A DNA stretch of 64,000 nucleotides. It comes from an uncultured Ignavibacteriaceae bacterium (lineage in GTDB: Bacteria > Bacteroidota > Ignavibacteria > UBA10030). The stretch's first letter is position 1. Every line of letters starts with the position of its first letter. The stretch lies in the NCBI GenBank assembly GCA_964480945.1, contig CAYZRX010000008.1, forward strand, positions 4,572-68,571, written 5' to 3'. Shown here in pieces: positions 20,344-29,303 of the stretch. Both the position numbers and the translations under genes were made by a program. Below the pieces are notes generated by a model. The model saw only the letters and a list, made by a program, of their open reading frames with translations, was not told the DNA's origin and searched no databases.

Positions 20344-21045
20344 GTGCGTCTCGCAATCATCTCCGACATCCATGGGAACCTCGAAGCGCTGACGACCGCA
20401 CTCGAGCTCATCAAGAAGCATGCTGCCGATGAAATCGTCTGCCTCGGCGATGTCGTCGGCTACGGCGCGAATCCAAATGAATGCCTCACCATTGTTCGCG
20501 AACGGTGCAGCGTGATCCTCCGCGGCAATCACGACGCGGCCGCTGTCGATCTATCGGTCGCGGACCAGTTCACCATCAACGCCCGCCTTGCCGCCATTTG
20601 GACGAACAACGTTCTGCTCAAGGAGAATAAAGAACTCCTGGAGACCCTTCCTCTCACAAAGTCCCGCGGCGACATCCTCCTTGCGCACGGATCGCCGTAC
20701 GAGCCTGAGGAATGGCATTACATCATATCAGAGTATGAAGCCAAGGAGGCGTTCCAGGCCTTCGCCGAACAGCTCTGCTTTGTGGGGCACTCCCACATAC
20801 CGGTGATCTTCTCAGAGAAAGGAACGACCGCCCTCGTCGCACGGGGGGACCGGTTCATCATCAATGTGGGCAGCATCGGGCAGCCTCGCGATGGGAACCC
20901 CCAACTCAGCTTCGGGATTTTCGACACGAGCTCGTGGACATATGAGAACATCCGCGCCGAGTACGATATTCCCGCGGCAGCGCAGAAGATCAGGAAAGCC
21001 GGACTTCCGCGTGCACTTGCCGATCGCTTGATGTTTGGAGTTTAG
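20344..21045 (+). CDS. Metallophosphoesterase (YfcE/calcineurin-like)
   Basis: Motifs MRLAIISDIHGN...VCLGDVVGYG...RGNHD...GHSH. Confidence 0.8.
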   Translation: MRLAIISDIHGNLEALTTALELIKKHAADEIVCLGDVVGYGANPNECLTIVRERCSVILRGNHDAAAVDLSVADQFTINARLAAIWTNNVLLKENKELLETLPLTKSRGDILLAHGSPYEPEEWHYIISEYEAKEAFQAFAEQLCFVGHSHIPVIFSEKGTTALVARGDRFIINVGSIGQPRDGNPQLSFGIFDTSSWTYENIRAEYDIPAAAQKIRKAGLPRALADRLMFGV

Positions 21046-21079
21046 GGGGGCTTGAGCCAGGGAGGGAGGGCGCGACGTC

Positions 21080-21910
21080 CTACTGAGTCGTCAACACCGC
21101 CAACAGCTTTTCCTTCTTCATCGTCGAGGAGGCAACACAGAGGGTTCCGTTCACCGTCCAGACGACTACGTTGCAGTTCGGGTGATTTGGGTCGGTGTAC
21201 CAACCGGATTTCGCGAGCGCAGTTTTCGCTGCCGGCGGAAGCGAGAGCTTCGGACCTTTGAGCGCTTCGTCCTGGCTGACCTGATAGACGTACAACATCT
21301 CGCCCCCGATCTTGTAGAGCACGTGAGCGACTTTCACTCCTTCATACTCGGACCAGATCGCGCTGTACGAATCGCAGGGAACCTTTAAGACGTTTACCGT
21401 AAAGTCCACATTGTTTCTCTCGAAGAAGTCCGCAATGCTTTCCGGAGAGCAGGCTACGAGGGCGGGCTGAAACTGGCCGGAACGAATGAGAGCAAAGTTC
21501 TTGAACGTGAGATTGATGACATCATTCGGCGCGTTATGCGCGCTCATGTCATAGGTGGACTCGTTCGGAAGCGTCAGAAGCACGATGAACGCGGCAAAGA
21601 CCACCCCGCCGGCCAAAGTCGGAATAAGGACCCCGGGTGAGAGGAGCCTCTCAATCCATCCTCCCGCTCGTCCAAGGGACTCGCGATAAGCCTGTTTGAG
21701 GGATTTGCCAACAGATGCCCGGACTGAGTCCGGCGTGACGGCATATGCGATGTGTTGCTGGACGACTTGCTTCGAAAGCTTCTCCAACTCGTAAGCGTTG
21801 CGGCATCTGCGGCAACCCTCCAGGTGCATCCGAAACTCCTGCTCAACGTCCGCCGGCAGAACCCTATCAATGGCATCGCCAAAATACTCTTCAACAAGAC
21901 TGCATTCCAC
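21080..21910 (-). CDS. Anti-sigma factor (zf-HC2 type, single TM)
   Basis: N-terminal HLEGCRRCRNAYE zinc-finger anti-sigma motif and a central TM helix. Immediately downstream of the ECF sigma gene. Confidence 0.7.
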   Translation of the reverse strand: MECSLVEEYFGDAIDRVLPADVEQEFRMHLEGCRRCRNAYELEKLSKQVVQQHIAYAVTPDSVRASVGKSLKQAYRESLGRAGGWIERLLSPGVLIPTLAGGVVFAAFIVLLTLPNESTYDMSAHNAPNDVINLTFKNFALIRSGQFQPALVACSPESIADFFERNNVDFTVNVLKVPCDSYSAIWSEYEGVKVAHVLYKIGGEMLYVYQVSQDEALKGPKLSLPPAAKTALAKSGWYTDPNHPNCNVVVWTVNGTLCVASSTMKKEKLLAVLTTQ

Positions 21911-21957
21911 AGCACAACCTCACTCAACCGTGTAACAAGGATGATCCATCATATTCC

Positions 21958-22551
21958 TCAGTCAGACTTAATAACCCCCTGTTTCTTAGCATACTCATAC
22001 AGCTTCGCCTGCAGCAACTTCCTCCCCCGGTGCAACCGGGACCGTACCGTGCCGATCGGGCACTCGACGAACTCTGCGATCTCCTCATACGTCAGTCCTT
22101 CAATGTCGCAGAGAATAACCACGGTGCGGAAATCATCTGGCAGGCTCTCCAACGCCCTCGTAACCTCATCACCGAGCAAATTACCGAAGAGTTTTTGCTG
22201 AAGATCGTTCGGGTCTGTTGACTCAGCCCGGATGGTATTGTAGAAGTTTTCGATCTCATCGTAGTCAACCTTGTCCGGCTCTTTCGTTTCCTTCCGGTAC
22301 CGATTGATATACGAATTCTTCATGATGCGAAAGAGCCATGCGCGTATGTTCGTCCCCTTCTCGTATTTATCCCAAAACCGATAGGCTTTGAGATAAGTCT
22401 CCTGCAGCAAATCTTGCGCATCATTTTCGTTTCCCGTGGTGCGGAGAGCAAAGTTGTAGAGCACATCCATATGAGGCAGGGCTTCTGCCTCAAACTCCGC
22501 TTGCTTTTTCCGCGTACCGCGGGATACGACTGCTACCAAAGGTAGAACCAT
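21958..22551 (-). CDS. RNA polymerase sigma-70 factor, ECF subfamily
   Basis: 197 aa; sigma-2 region (DAQDLLQETYLKAYRFW) and sigma-4 region (TYEEIAEFVECPIGTVRSRLHRGRKLL). Confidence 0.85.
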   Translation of the reverse strand: MVLPLVAVVSRGTRKKQAEFEAEALPHMDVLYNFALRTTGNENDAQDLLQETYLKAYRFWDKYEKGTNIRAWLFRIMKNSYINRYRKETKEPDKVDYDEIENFYNTIRAESTDPNDLQQKLFGNLLGDEVTRALESLPDDFRTVVILCDIEGLTYEEIAEFVECPIGTVRSRLHRGRKLLQAKLYEYAKKQGVIKSD

Positions 22552-22779
22552 GGGTTGCCTTCAAAGTTCCCAGTCACACGAGCCTCCAACAACTGCCGGG
22601 GAAACCATGGCAACCTGCTGTCTGAACACCAATCATTCGGTTCGAGTTCCGAGCAGGAAGGGTTCCGGGAGGTTACTTTCTCAAAGGCCGTGAGGTGTAA
22701 GTCGGAGGAAAAAATCATTCGTTGAAATTTAACAAAATCCTGCAATCTTAGCAAGCGGGGCGAATCTTGGGAACCATTC

Positions 22780-23982
22780 CTACTTCCTCGATTTCAGAAG
22801 ATCGATCTCCTCCGTCGAAACCTGCTGGTCGATTTCTCTGATCAGATCGCTGACCTGAGCATGACGCAGATCGAATTCTTCAAACGACACAAACGTGCTG
22901 AGATCCCCGATATCGACCACCTTTCCCATTAGCTTCCTCACGCCTGTCTTCGGATCCACCTCTTCGTCGACATTGATGCCGATGTCGACGGTGACGGCCG
23001 GTGCACGATCATCGGTCTTCAACATGGTGTTTCGAAAGATGAGGTCGTACATGTACTTTGTATTGAACGGAAGTTCCTCGTACACGCTCACGTTTGCGTG
23101 TTGATATTCTCCTGTCGCAAGAGCATGGAGCGTCGTCAGCAGACCGACGTAGTTCAGCTTCCGGAGAAACATCTTCTCTGGATCTCCGGGCCACCCTCCT
23201 GACTCCACCAGCACGGTGCTCGTCCCCCACTTCTGCACATTGTCTCCAAAGGCGCGCGGCTCAAAGGTATCATCGTATTTCGAGACATTCTTTGGAATGA
23301 ACTTCCGCAAGACCGCGGCAAACGTCGCCGCAACCTTCATCGCTTCCGATCGAACACGATTCAAGGACCTCGATTCATCGAATGCCGGCGCAAGCAGTGC
23401 GATGCCGCTCACCTGTTTCGTGTTCCCCACTGTCGTGCGCGGATCCTGGTCGTGAAGATTGAACCCAAACTCCGGCCGATATCGGTCGCACACTTCCTTC
23501 AAAACGCGCGCCTCCGGCGTCCTCAATGCCAAGGCATCGCGGTTCATATCGACCAGCTGCGCCGTCCGGCGCTGGAACCTCTCGGCGCCATCGGGATTCA
23601 GCATAGGGACCATCAAGAGCGTTAATTGATCCGAGATTGCCGTCGCGACGGGATGATCAGCGGTCTTCACGAAAAAGCTCAGCATATCGAGCAGCGCCAT
23701 CGTGGCTGTCGACTCATCGCCATGCATCTGAGACCAGAGCAACACCTTCGTCTTCCCGCGACCGAGCTTCAACAATGAGATCGGTCGTCCCTCTGCCGAC
23801 TGTCCGATCGGCGTTATCTCAAAGACGTTCGACGCGCGGAGCGGCTCGAGCCACCGCAACATAGTTGCCTGCGTGAAGCGCCGCGACGAAATTTCTGCGA
23901 GCCGATACGTGGTATATGTATCGGACAATTCGCGCGCAATCTTCGCCTGTCCTTGCGCGCTCGTGACAGAGCCAGTGCTCAT
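22780..23982 (-). CDS. M14 family zinc carboxypeptidase-like protein
   Basis: 400 aa; HGDE zinc-binding motif (LLWSQMHGDESTATMA) and an M14-like fold. Confidence 0.65.
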   Translation of the reverse strand: MSTGSVTSAQGQAKIARELSDTYTTYRLAEISSRRFTQATMLRWLEPLRASNVFEITPIGQSAEGRPISLLKLGRGKTKVLLWSQMHGDESTATMALLDMLSFFVKTADHPVATAISDQLTLLMVPMLNPDGAERFQRRTAQLVDMNRDALALRTPEARVLKEVCDRYRPEFGFNLHDQDPRTTVGNTKQVSGIALLAPAFDESRSLNRVRSEAMKVAATFAAVLRKFIPKNVSKYDDTFEPRAFGDNVQKWGTSTVLVESGGWPGDPEKMFLRKLNYVGLLTTLHALATGEYQHANVSVYEELPFNTKYMYDLIFRNTMLKTDDRAPAVTVDIGINVDEEVDPKTGVRKLMGKVVDIGDLSTFVSFEEFDLRHAQVSDLIREIDQQVSTEEIDLLKSRK

Positions 23983-24222
23983 GAAGGAAACCTACCCAGG
24001 AGTGTTGAGGGACGCACGCGCGCTTGGAGTTGTCGTTGTTCCATGATGGCCCTGCTGCAGCCATCCGGCTTGCTAGAAACTCTGCCAAGATAAGGGAATT
24101 TTCACTTACTCGCATGGGGCGCCGGGTGCCCATAGAAAGCAAGGAGGTCGGACGTTTCGTCCGACCTCCCATAGTTTGATCGTCTGCTCGTCGTGCGCCC
24201 TGCAAGGAGCGTCTTGTATACC

Positions 24223-25911
24223 TCAGAACGGTCTCGCGAATCGGAAGATGAAGCGAGCCGGCTCGCTTCGATCGGTCCGCCACACGAACGCCAGCCTGAA
24301 TGAGCCGCTCCGCGTCGCCACACCCACACCGACATCGTGTTTGAATTCGGAAAACTTGACGTCGCTGAATCCCTGACTCCACGTATCGCTCGGCGCGGCC
24401 GTTCGCATGAGGCCTGCGTCGGTGAGAACCAAGAAGTTAATATCACGCAAGAGCCCGCTTGGCCAGAAGTCGAGATCACCCAGAAAATCACTACTGATGA
24501 TATACTCTGCATTGAGCAGAATCATCCTGGTTCCAACCTCAGACTTGAATGGATAGCCATTGAGCGTGCTGAGGCCGCCAATTTCGAATGTCTTCTGGAG
24601 TGGGACGGTTCCCTCTGTGGTCCCGACACGAAGACGCAGGTTGACGTTGTCGTAACGCGCCAGGGGCTGGTACCGGCGAATATCGGCAACGTACTGGTTG
24701 AATCCGAAATCACTGCCGAAATTTCTGTCCGCAAACTCACCCGTCACAAAGATGCTCCACCCCTCCGGGCCATAGATGGTTTTCGTTACGGTGCTCAGCC
24801 CGGCCGAAGCCAGGATGCTCCGCATTTCCCCCTCATCGATTTCAGGATTGGCCCGGAACCTCTTGTCGCCGCCGAAGATCGACCATTCGGTCCGGTTCTC
24901 CATAGACCGATACCGGTCAGCCAGGTACTCTACTTTTACCTGACCTGTGAGAAAATCCTGCTGTACCGCGTAGTCCGCGCTGATACCGTATCCCATCCGG
25001 CGGAAGTAGTCACGGTAGTCCTCGTGAATCAAGATGGCGGCAGCCGTGTTTTCCCCCACGCCGATGATCCAGCGATCCTTGCTGTCCGTCAGATTGTGGC
25101 CTTCCACCCCGATTTCAAACAACTGACCTTCGTCGAAGGCAAACTGACGGCTGATGCCGAGATTCCCCCTCCAACCGCGCGACTTGAATCCGTACCCGAA
25201 CGATCCGTAGGCGGCGTATGATCTCCTCGCGTCCCAATAGTACTTTTTGTCGGATCCCACGCCGAGGAACAGGCCTTCTACCCTGTTGTAGCGGAAGATA
25301 AAATTGTCGAGATCGGTCGTCTCACGCACCCAGCTCGCGTTCAACCTCGTCGACGACCTGGTGAATTTTCTCTCGGTCTCGCGGTAGGCTTTCTCGGTCG
25401 AGCTCGTCTTGTCAATGTACCCGTCGATTCTCGCCGATTCATCCTTCATGACCTCGCCGTTGATGACCTTTGCGTTTCCGGTGATATGACCGTCATCTTT
25501 CAAGTAGAGGTCCCCGCCGACAACCAGAACGTCACCGTCGACCTCGCCGTACACCGTCAGATCCCCCGCTTTGACCACGACGTTCGAGCGAATCGTATCT
25601 TGCTCGTCGATGACGGTGCTTCCTTCATAGGTCAGGTTGTCATCTTCACGAACCGGCGCCGCCGAGCGGACTTTCTTTGTCCGCTTGGGAGGGATGGTAT
25701 CGCCGACGAGAATGTACTCGTCGTTCCGAGCACCCCTCAACCCCTTCGTAATGCTCTCGATGAAATTCTCGACAGCCGTGCTGATCCGTTCGCCGAGCTC
25801 CTCACGGTTGTCCCGGTCTGAGTTTCCCTGCTGCTTCGATTGCGCGCCGACGGTCGAGGTAAAGAAGAGGATGCTCGATACCAGGAAGATCGTGTTCATG
25901 ATTGATTTCAT
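24223..25911 (-). CDS. Hypothetical outer-membrane protein with N-terminal bactofilin-like beta-helix repeat region
   Basis: Signal peptide (MKSIMNTIFLVSSILFFTSTVGAQS). The repeat region (VVVKAGDLTVYGEVDGDVLVVGGDLYLKDDGHITGNAKVINGEV) resembles polymer-forming bactofilin/DUF583. The C-terminal about 350 aa has an alternating aromatic pattern ending in Phe, which is a beta-barrel OMP signature. Confidence 0.5.
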   Translation of the reverse strand: MKSIMNTIFLVSSILFFTSTVGAQSKQQGNSDRDNREELGERISTAVENFIESITKGLRGARNDEYILVGDTIPPKRTKKVRSAAPVREDDNLTYEGSTVIDEQDTIRSNVVVKAGDLTVYGEVDGDVLVVGGDLYLKDDGHITGNAKVINGEVMKDESARIDGYIDKTSSTEKAYRETERKFTRSSTRLNASWVRETTDLDNFIFRYNRVEGLFLGVGSDKKYYWDARRSYAAYGSFGYGFKSRGWRGNLGISRQFAFDEGQLFEIGVEGHNLTDSKDRWIIGVGENTAAAILIHEDYRDYFRRMGYGISADYAVQQDFLTGQVKVEYLADRYRSMENRTEWSIFGGDKRFRANPEIDEGEMRSILASAGLSTVTKTIYGPEGWSIFVTGEFADRNFGSDFGFNQYVADIRRYQPLARYDNVNLRLRVGTTEGTVPLQKTFEIGGLSTLNGYPFKSEVGTRMILLNAEYIISSDFLGDLDFWPSGLLRDINFLVLTDAGLMRTAAPSDTWSQGFSDVKFSEFKHDVGVGVATRSGSFRLAFVWRTDRSEPARFIFRFARPF

Positions 25912-26082
25912 AAGGCCACCTTTGGTATAGACTTTGCCTCTCAAAACTACGCTGATTCCGGGGAGAAAGTTTCGGCCTCAATATGGTCATTTTCAGCCTG
26001 TCGGTGGGATTGACATCCTATAATTTCCAAACATTGAGAATTTTCTTATATTGGCCTCGAGCTTGAAATCCTGAGGGTATCT

Positions 26083-26793
26083 ATGCGCTTAGCAATCAAC
26101 ATCGATCACATTGCCACACTCCGAAACGCCCGCGGCGGATCGGAGCCGGATCCTGTCGAGGCAGCTGGGGTTTGCGAAGCCGCGGGTGCACTCGGTATCG
26201 TCTGTCATTTGCGGGAGGATCGCCGCCACATCCGCGATGCCGATGTGCACCTCCTGCGAAAGACGATCAAGACGAAGCTCGATCTCGAGATGGCCGCAAC
26301 CGACGAAATCATCAAGATCGCGATCGAGGTGAAACCGGCCTTCGTCACACTGGTTCCCGAGCGGCGCCGGGAGCTGACGACGGAGGACGGACTGGATGTG
26401 AAGGCAAACAAAGCTCACCTTGAGGAGACGATTGGGACGTTTCATCGGCACGGCATCAAGGTCAGTCTCTTCATTAATCCGGTTCAGGAACAGATCGAGC
26501 TCTCGAAATCGATCGGCTCCGATATGATTGAGATTCACACCGGGGAGTATGCCGAGGCGCGCGACGAACAGGAACGTCAGAACCAACTCGCGCGCGTTCA
26601 GCACGCGGCCCGAAGCGCCAAGTCGCTCGGCCTGGACGTCCACGCCGGTCACGGGCTCAACTATGGGAACGTCACTCCGATCGCCGCAATCCAGGAGATC
26701 GACGAATTGAGCATCGGTTACGCCATCGTTGCGCGCGCGATGTTCGTCGGCTTGGATCAGGCGGTACGAGAAATGCTCCGCCTCGTCCACTAA
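26083..26793 (+). CDS. pdxJ: Pyridoxine 5'-phosphate synthase
   Basis: MRLAINIDHIATLRNARGGSEPDPV...CHLREDRRHI is the PdxJ signature. Confidence 0.9.
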   Translation: MRLAINIDHIATLRNARGGSEPDPVEAAGVCEAAGALGIVCHLREDRRHIRDADVHLLRKTIKTKLDLEMAATDEIIKIAIEVKPAFVTLVPERRRELTTEDGLDVKANKAHLEETIGTFHRHGIKVSLFINPVQEQIELSKSIGSDMIEIHTGEYAEARDEQERQNQLARVQHAARSAKSLGLDVHAGHGLNYGNVTPIAAIQEIDELSIGYAIVARAMFVGLDQAVREMLRLVH

Positions 26794-26839
26794 TTTCTCT
26801 GAAGCACATCGGGAAGCGAATGATCCCGGGGAGGTACTC

Positions 26840-29260
26840 ATGCGACCGTTATCGGCTATCTTCTTCAGTCTCCTCATCCCCTCGCTGGTCCTGGGCCAGG
26901 GGAAATATCCGTCATATTATCAGCAGAGCGATTTTCTTCTAACGTCACCTGGGGCGATGACGTTCGGCCTTTACGGCTTCGACAACCCGGCGCTCCCTTC
27001 GCTGCTCCGTGAACCCGACTTCGCGTTCCTCTGGACGGATCAAACCGGCAGATGGAATGATTTCAACCACTGGGGATTTTTCGCTGCAGCACCGCATGTC
27101 GGATTCGGCCTCATCCATCAGAAAATCGGCTCCCTCTACGTCACCGACTATCGCCTTTCGCTCGCGTCGGGTAACAGGACCGTGAGCTTCGGCATTGGCT
27201 ATGGCTGGTCAACCGGGTACACGCGCACGTTCAATCGGTCGAGCCTCGTTACAGTCGGAAGTTTGTTTCGACCGGGTTTCTTTCTCTCATTGGGGCTTGT
27301 CGGCACGTTCGGCATGCAGAGCACCACCACCAACGAGGGCATGGTCGACCTTGCCATTCGACCCTTCAGGAGCGAGCTGCTCACGCTCTTCAGCGACTAC
27401 GCTTTGCAGAGCCGACAAAGCCTTGCCGATGGCCATTGGAGCGCCGGGGCCGCACTCGAGGCTCTGCCCGGAATCCGGATCACAGGGCGCTATTTCGATT
27501 CGAAAGGGTTCGCCCTCGGCGTCCAGTTCAGCCTGGGCCGCGTCGGCCTGACAACACAGGCTCATTATGACGAGAATCGACAGTATGGCTACAATACCTA
27601 CGGAATCCGGCTCGGTGCGTTCGACCGGACGCTGTTGAAAGGGCACGGGACCAGTTATCTCGATCTGAGCTTGCTCGGGCCCCTCAAGTACCAGCGATAT
27701 CAGCTTTTCGACAGGTCGAACACGCTCGAAGGGCTCCTCGAAACCATCGACGCAGCCAAAGAGGATCCGGCCGTTGCCGGGATTTCCATCAACACCTCCG
27801 GCATGACCGCGGACAAAGAGCTTCTCTGGGAGATACGGGAAAAGCTGAGGGACTTCAAATCGACCGGGAAGCATGTAGTGATATTCATCGACCGCGTCGG
27901 GATGAATGAATATCACTTCGCCTCTGTCGCGGACAGGATCGTGATGGACACGCAGGGGATGATCCAAATCGGCGGGTTTGTCATGGGTCGCACGTACCTC
28001 AAAGGGACGCTCGAGAAGGTTGGGATCGGGTACGATGAGTGGCGCTTCCTGAAGTACAAATCCGCTTACGAGAATCTCTCCCGCGACAACATGTCCGACG
28101 CCGACCGGGAACAGCGGCAGAAGCTTGTCGACGATTCCTACAGGCTCGCCAAAGCGGATATCTGCACGGGTCGAGGCTTTACTCCGCAGCAGTTTGACAA
28201 CATGATCAACGACGAGGTTGTCTATCTCCCGCAGGACGCTCTCGCGAAGGGCTTGGTCGACACTCTGGGGAGGTGGGAGACCGTCAAAGATATCATCGGG
28301 AACCTAGAGGGTGGGGAAAAGAGATTCGTCGGCGCCGGATCGCTGGAGAAATTTATCCAGCCGACCGATAACCGCTGGAGCGAGCCTCCGAAGATCGCCG
28401 TTGTCTACGCGCTGGGTGCCTGCGCCATGGATCAGGGCACTACAGCCCGGAAACTGGTTCGCGACGTCCAGGCCGTCGTCGACGATCCGAATGTGAAAGC
28501 CATCGTGCTGCGCGTCGACTCCCCCGGCGGAGATGCGATGGCGTCCGATTACATAGCGGAAGCGTTGAAGAAAGCCAAAGGAAAGAAACCGGTCATTGTT
28601 TCGCAGGGGGCCGTTGCAGGCTCAGGCGGGTACTGGCTCTCGATGTACGGCGATACGATCGTCGCCGCACCCACGACGATCACCGGCTCCATTGGCGTCA
28701 TCGGCGGGTGGGTCTACAACAAGGGAATAAAGGAAAAGTTGGGGATGTCCACCGACTATGTCAAGATAGGCGAGCACGCCGATCTGGGATTCGGCTTCAC
28801 TCTGCCTTTCATCGGCCTGGGCTTACCCGACCGTGACCTGACCGAGCCCGAGCGGTCAAGAATGGAATACACCATCAAGACGATGTATAATGAGTTCGTT
28901 CGCAAGGTGGCCGATGGACGGAAAAAAAACCCGGATCAAATTGAGGCCATTGCCCAGGGCCGGGTTTGGTCGGGGTACGACGGGTTGAAGAACGGCCTGG
29001 TGGATGTCCTCGGCGGTCTCGAGACAGCAGTCGACATCGCCAAAGAGAAGGCCGGTATCCCTCGAATGCAGGAGGTAACGATCCTCGAGCTCCCGAAAAC
29101 GGGATTGATCGATTTCAGCCGGTTTATCCCCCGGTTCTTCGGGCTCGAAATCAAGGAAAAGGATGCGGTTCTGGCACATCTGCAATTCGTCTTGGCACAC
29201 AACGGTCAACCGATGCCCATTTTACCTCTTGAAGACATCGATTTCTCGCGTCTCTACTGA
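26840..29260 (+). CDS. sppA: Signal peptide peptidase SppA (67K type, two S49 domains) with an N-terminal beta-barrel-like extension of about 290 aa
   Basis: ATG at 26840 followed by a signal peptide (MRPLSAIFFSLLIPSLVLG). S49 motifs IVLRVDSPGGDAMAS and GSGGYWLSM; a second degenerate S49 domain precedes them. The N-terminal region is Gly/aromatic-rich with alternating hydrophobic residues, not a simple TM anchor. Confidence 0.8.
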   Translation: MRPLSAIFFSLLIPSLVLGQGKYPSYYQQSDFLLTSPGAMTFGLYGFDNPALPSLLREPDFAFLWTDQTGRWNDFNHWGFFAAAPHVGFGLIHQKIGSLYVTDYRLSLASGNRTVSFGIGYGWSTGYTRTFNRSSLVTVGSLFRPGFFLSLGLVGTFGMQSTTTNEGMVDLAIRPFRSELLTLFSDYALQSRQSLADGHWSAGAALEALPGIRITGRYFDSKGFALGVQFSLGRVGLTTQAHYDENRQYGYNTYGIRLGAFDRTLLKGHGTSYLDLSLLGPLKYQRYQLFDRSNTLEGLLETIDAAKEDPAVAGISINTSGMTADKELLWEIREKLRDFKSTGKHVVIFIDRVGMNEYHFASVADRIVMDTQGMIQIGGFVMGRTYLKGTLEKVGIGYDEWRFLKYKSAYENLSRDNMSDADREQRQKLVDDSYRLAKADICTGRGFTPQQFDNMINDEVVYLPQDALAKGLVDTLGRWETVKDIIGNLEGGEKRFVGAGSLEKFIQPTDNRWSEPPKIAVVYALGACAMDQGTTARKLVRDVQAVVDDPNVKAIVLRVDSPGGDAMASDYIAEALKKAKGKKPVIVSQGAVAGSGGYWLSMYGDTIVAAPTTITGSIGVIGGWVYNKGIKEKLGMSTDYVKIGEHADLGFGFTLPFIGLGLPDRDLTEPERSRMEYTIKTMYNEFVRKVADGRKKNPDQIEAIAQGRVWSGYDGLKNGLVDVLGGLETAVDIAKEKAGIPRMQEVTILELPKTGLIDFSRFIPRFFGLEIKEKDAVLAHLQFVLAHNGQPMPILPLEDIDFSRLY

Positions 29261-29303
29261 CGCCACTTTTACGGCATTCTGCCTGACAAGGGAGGATTTC
29301 ACA

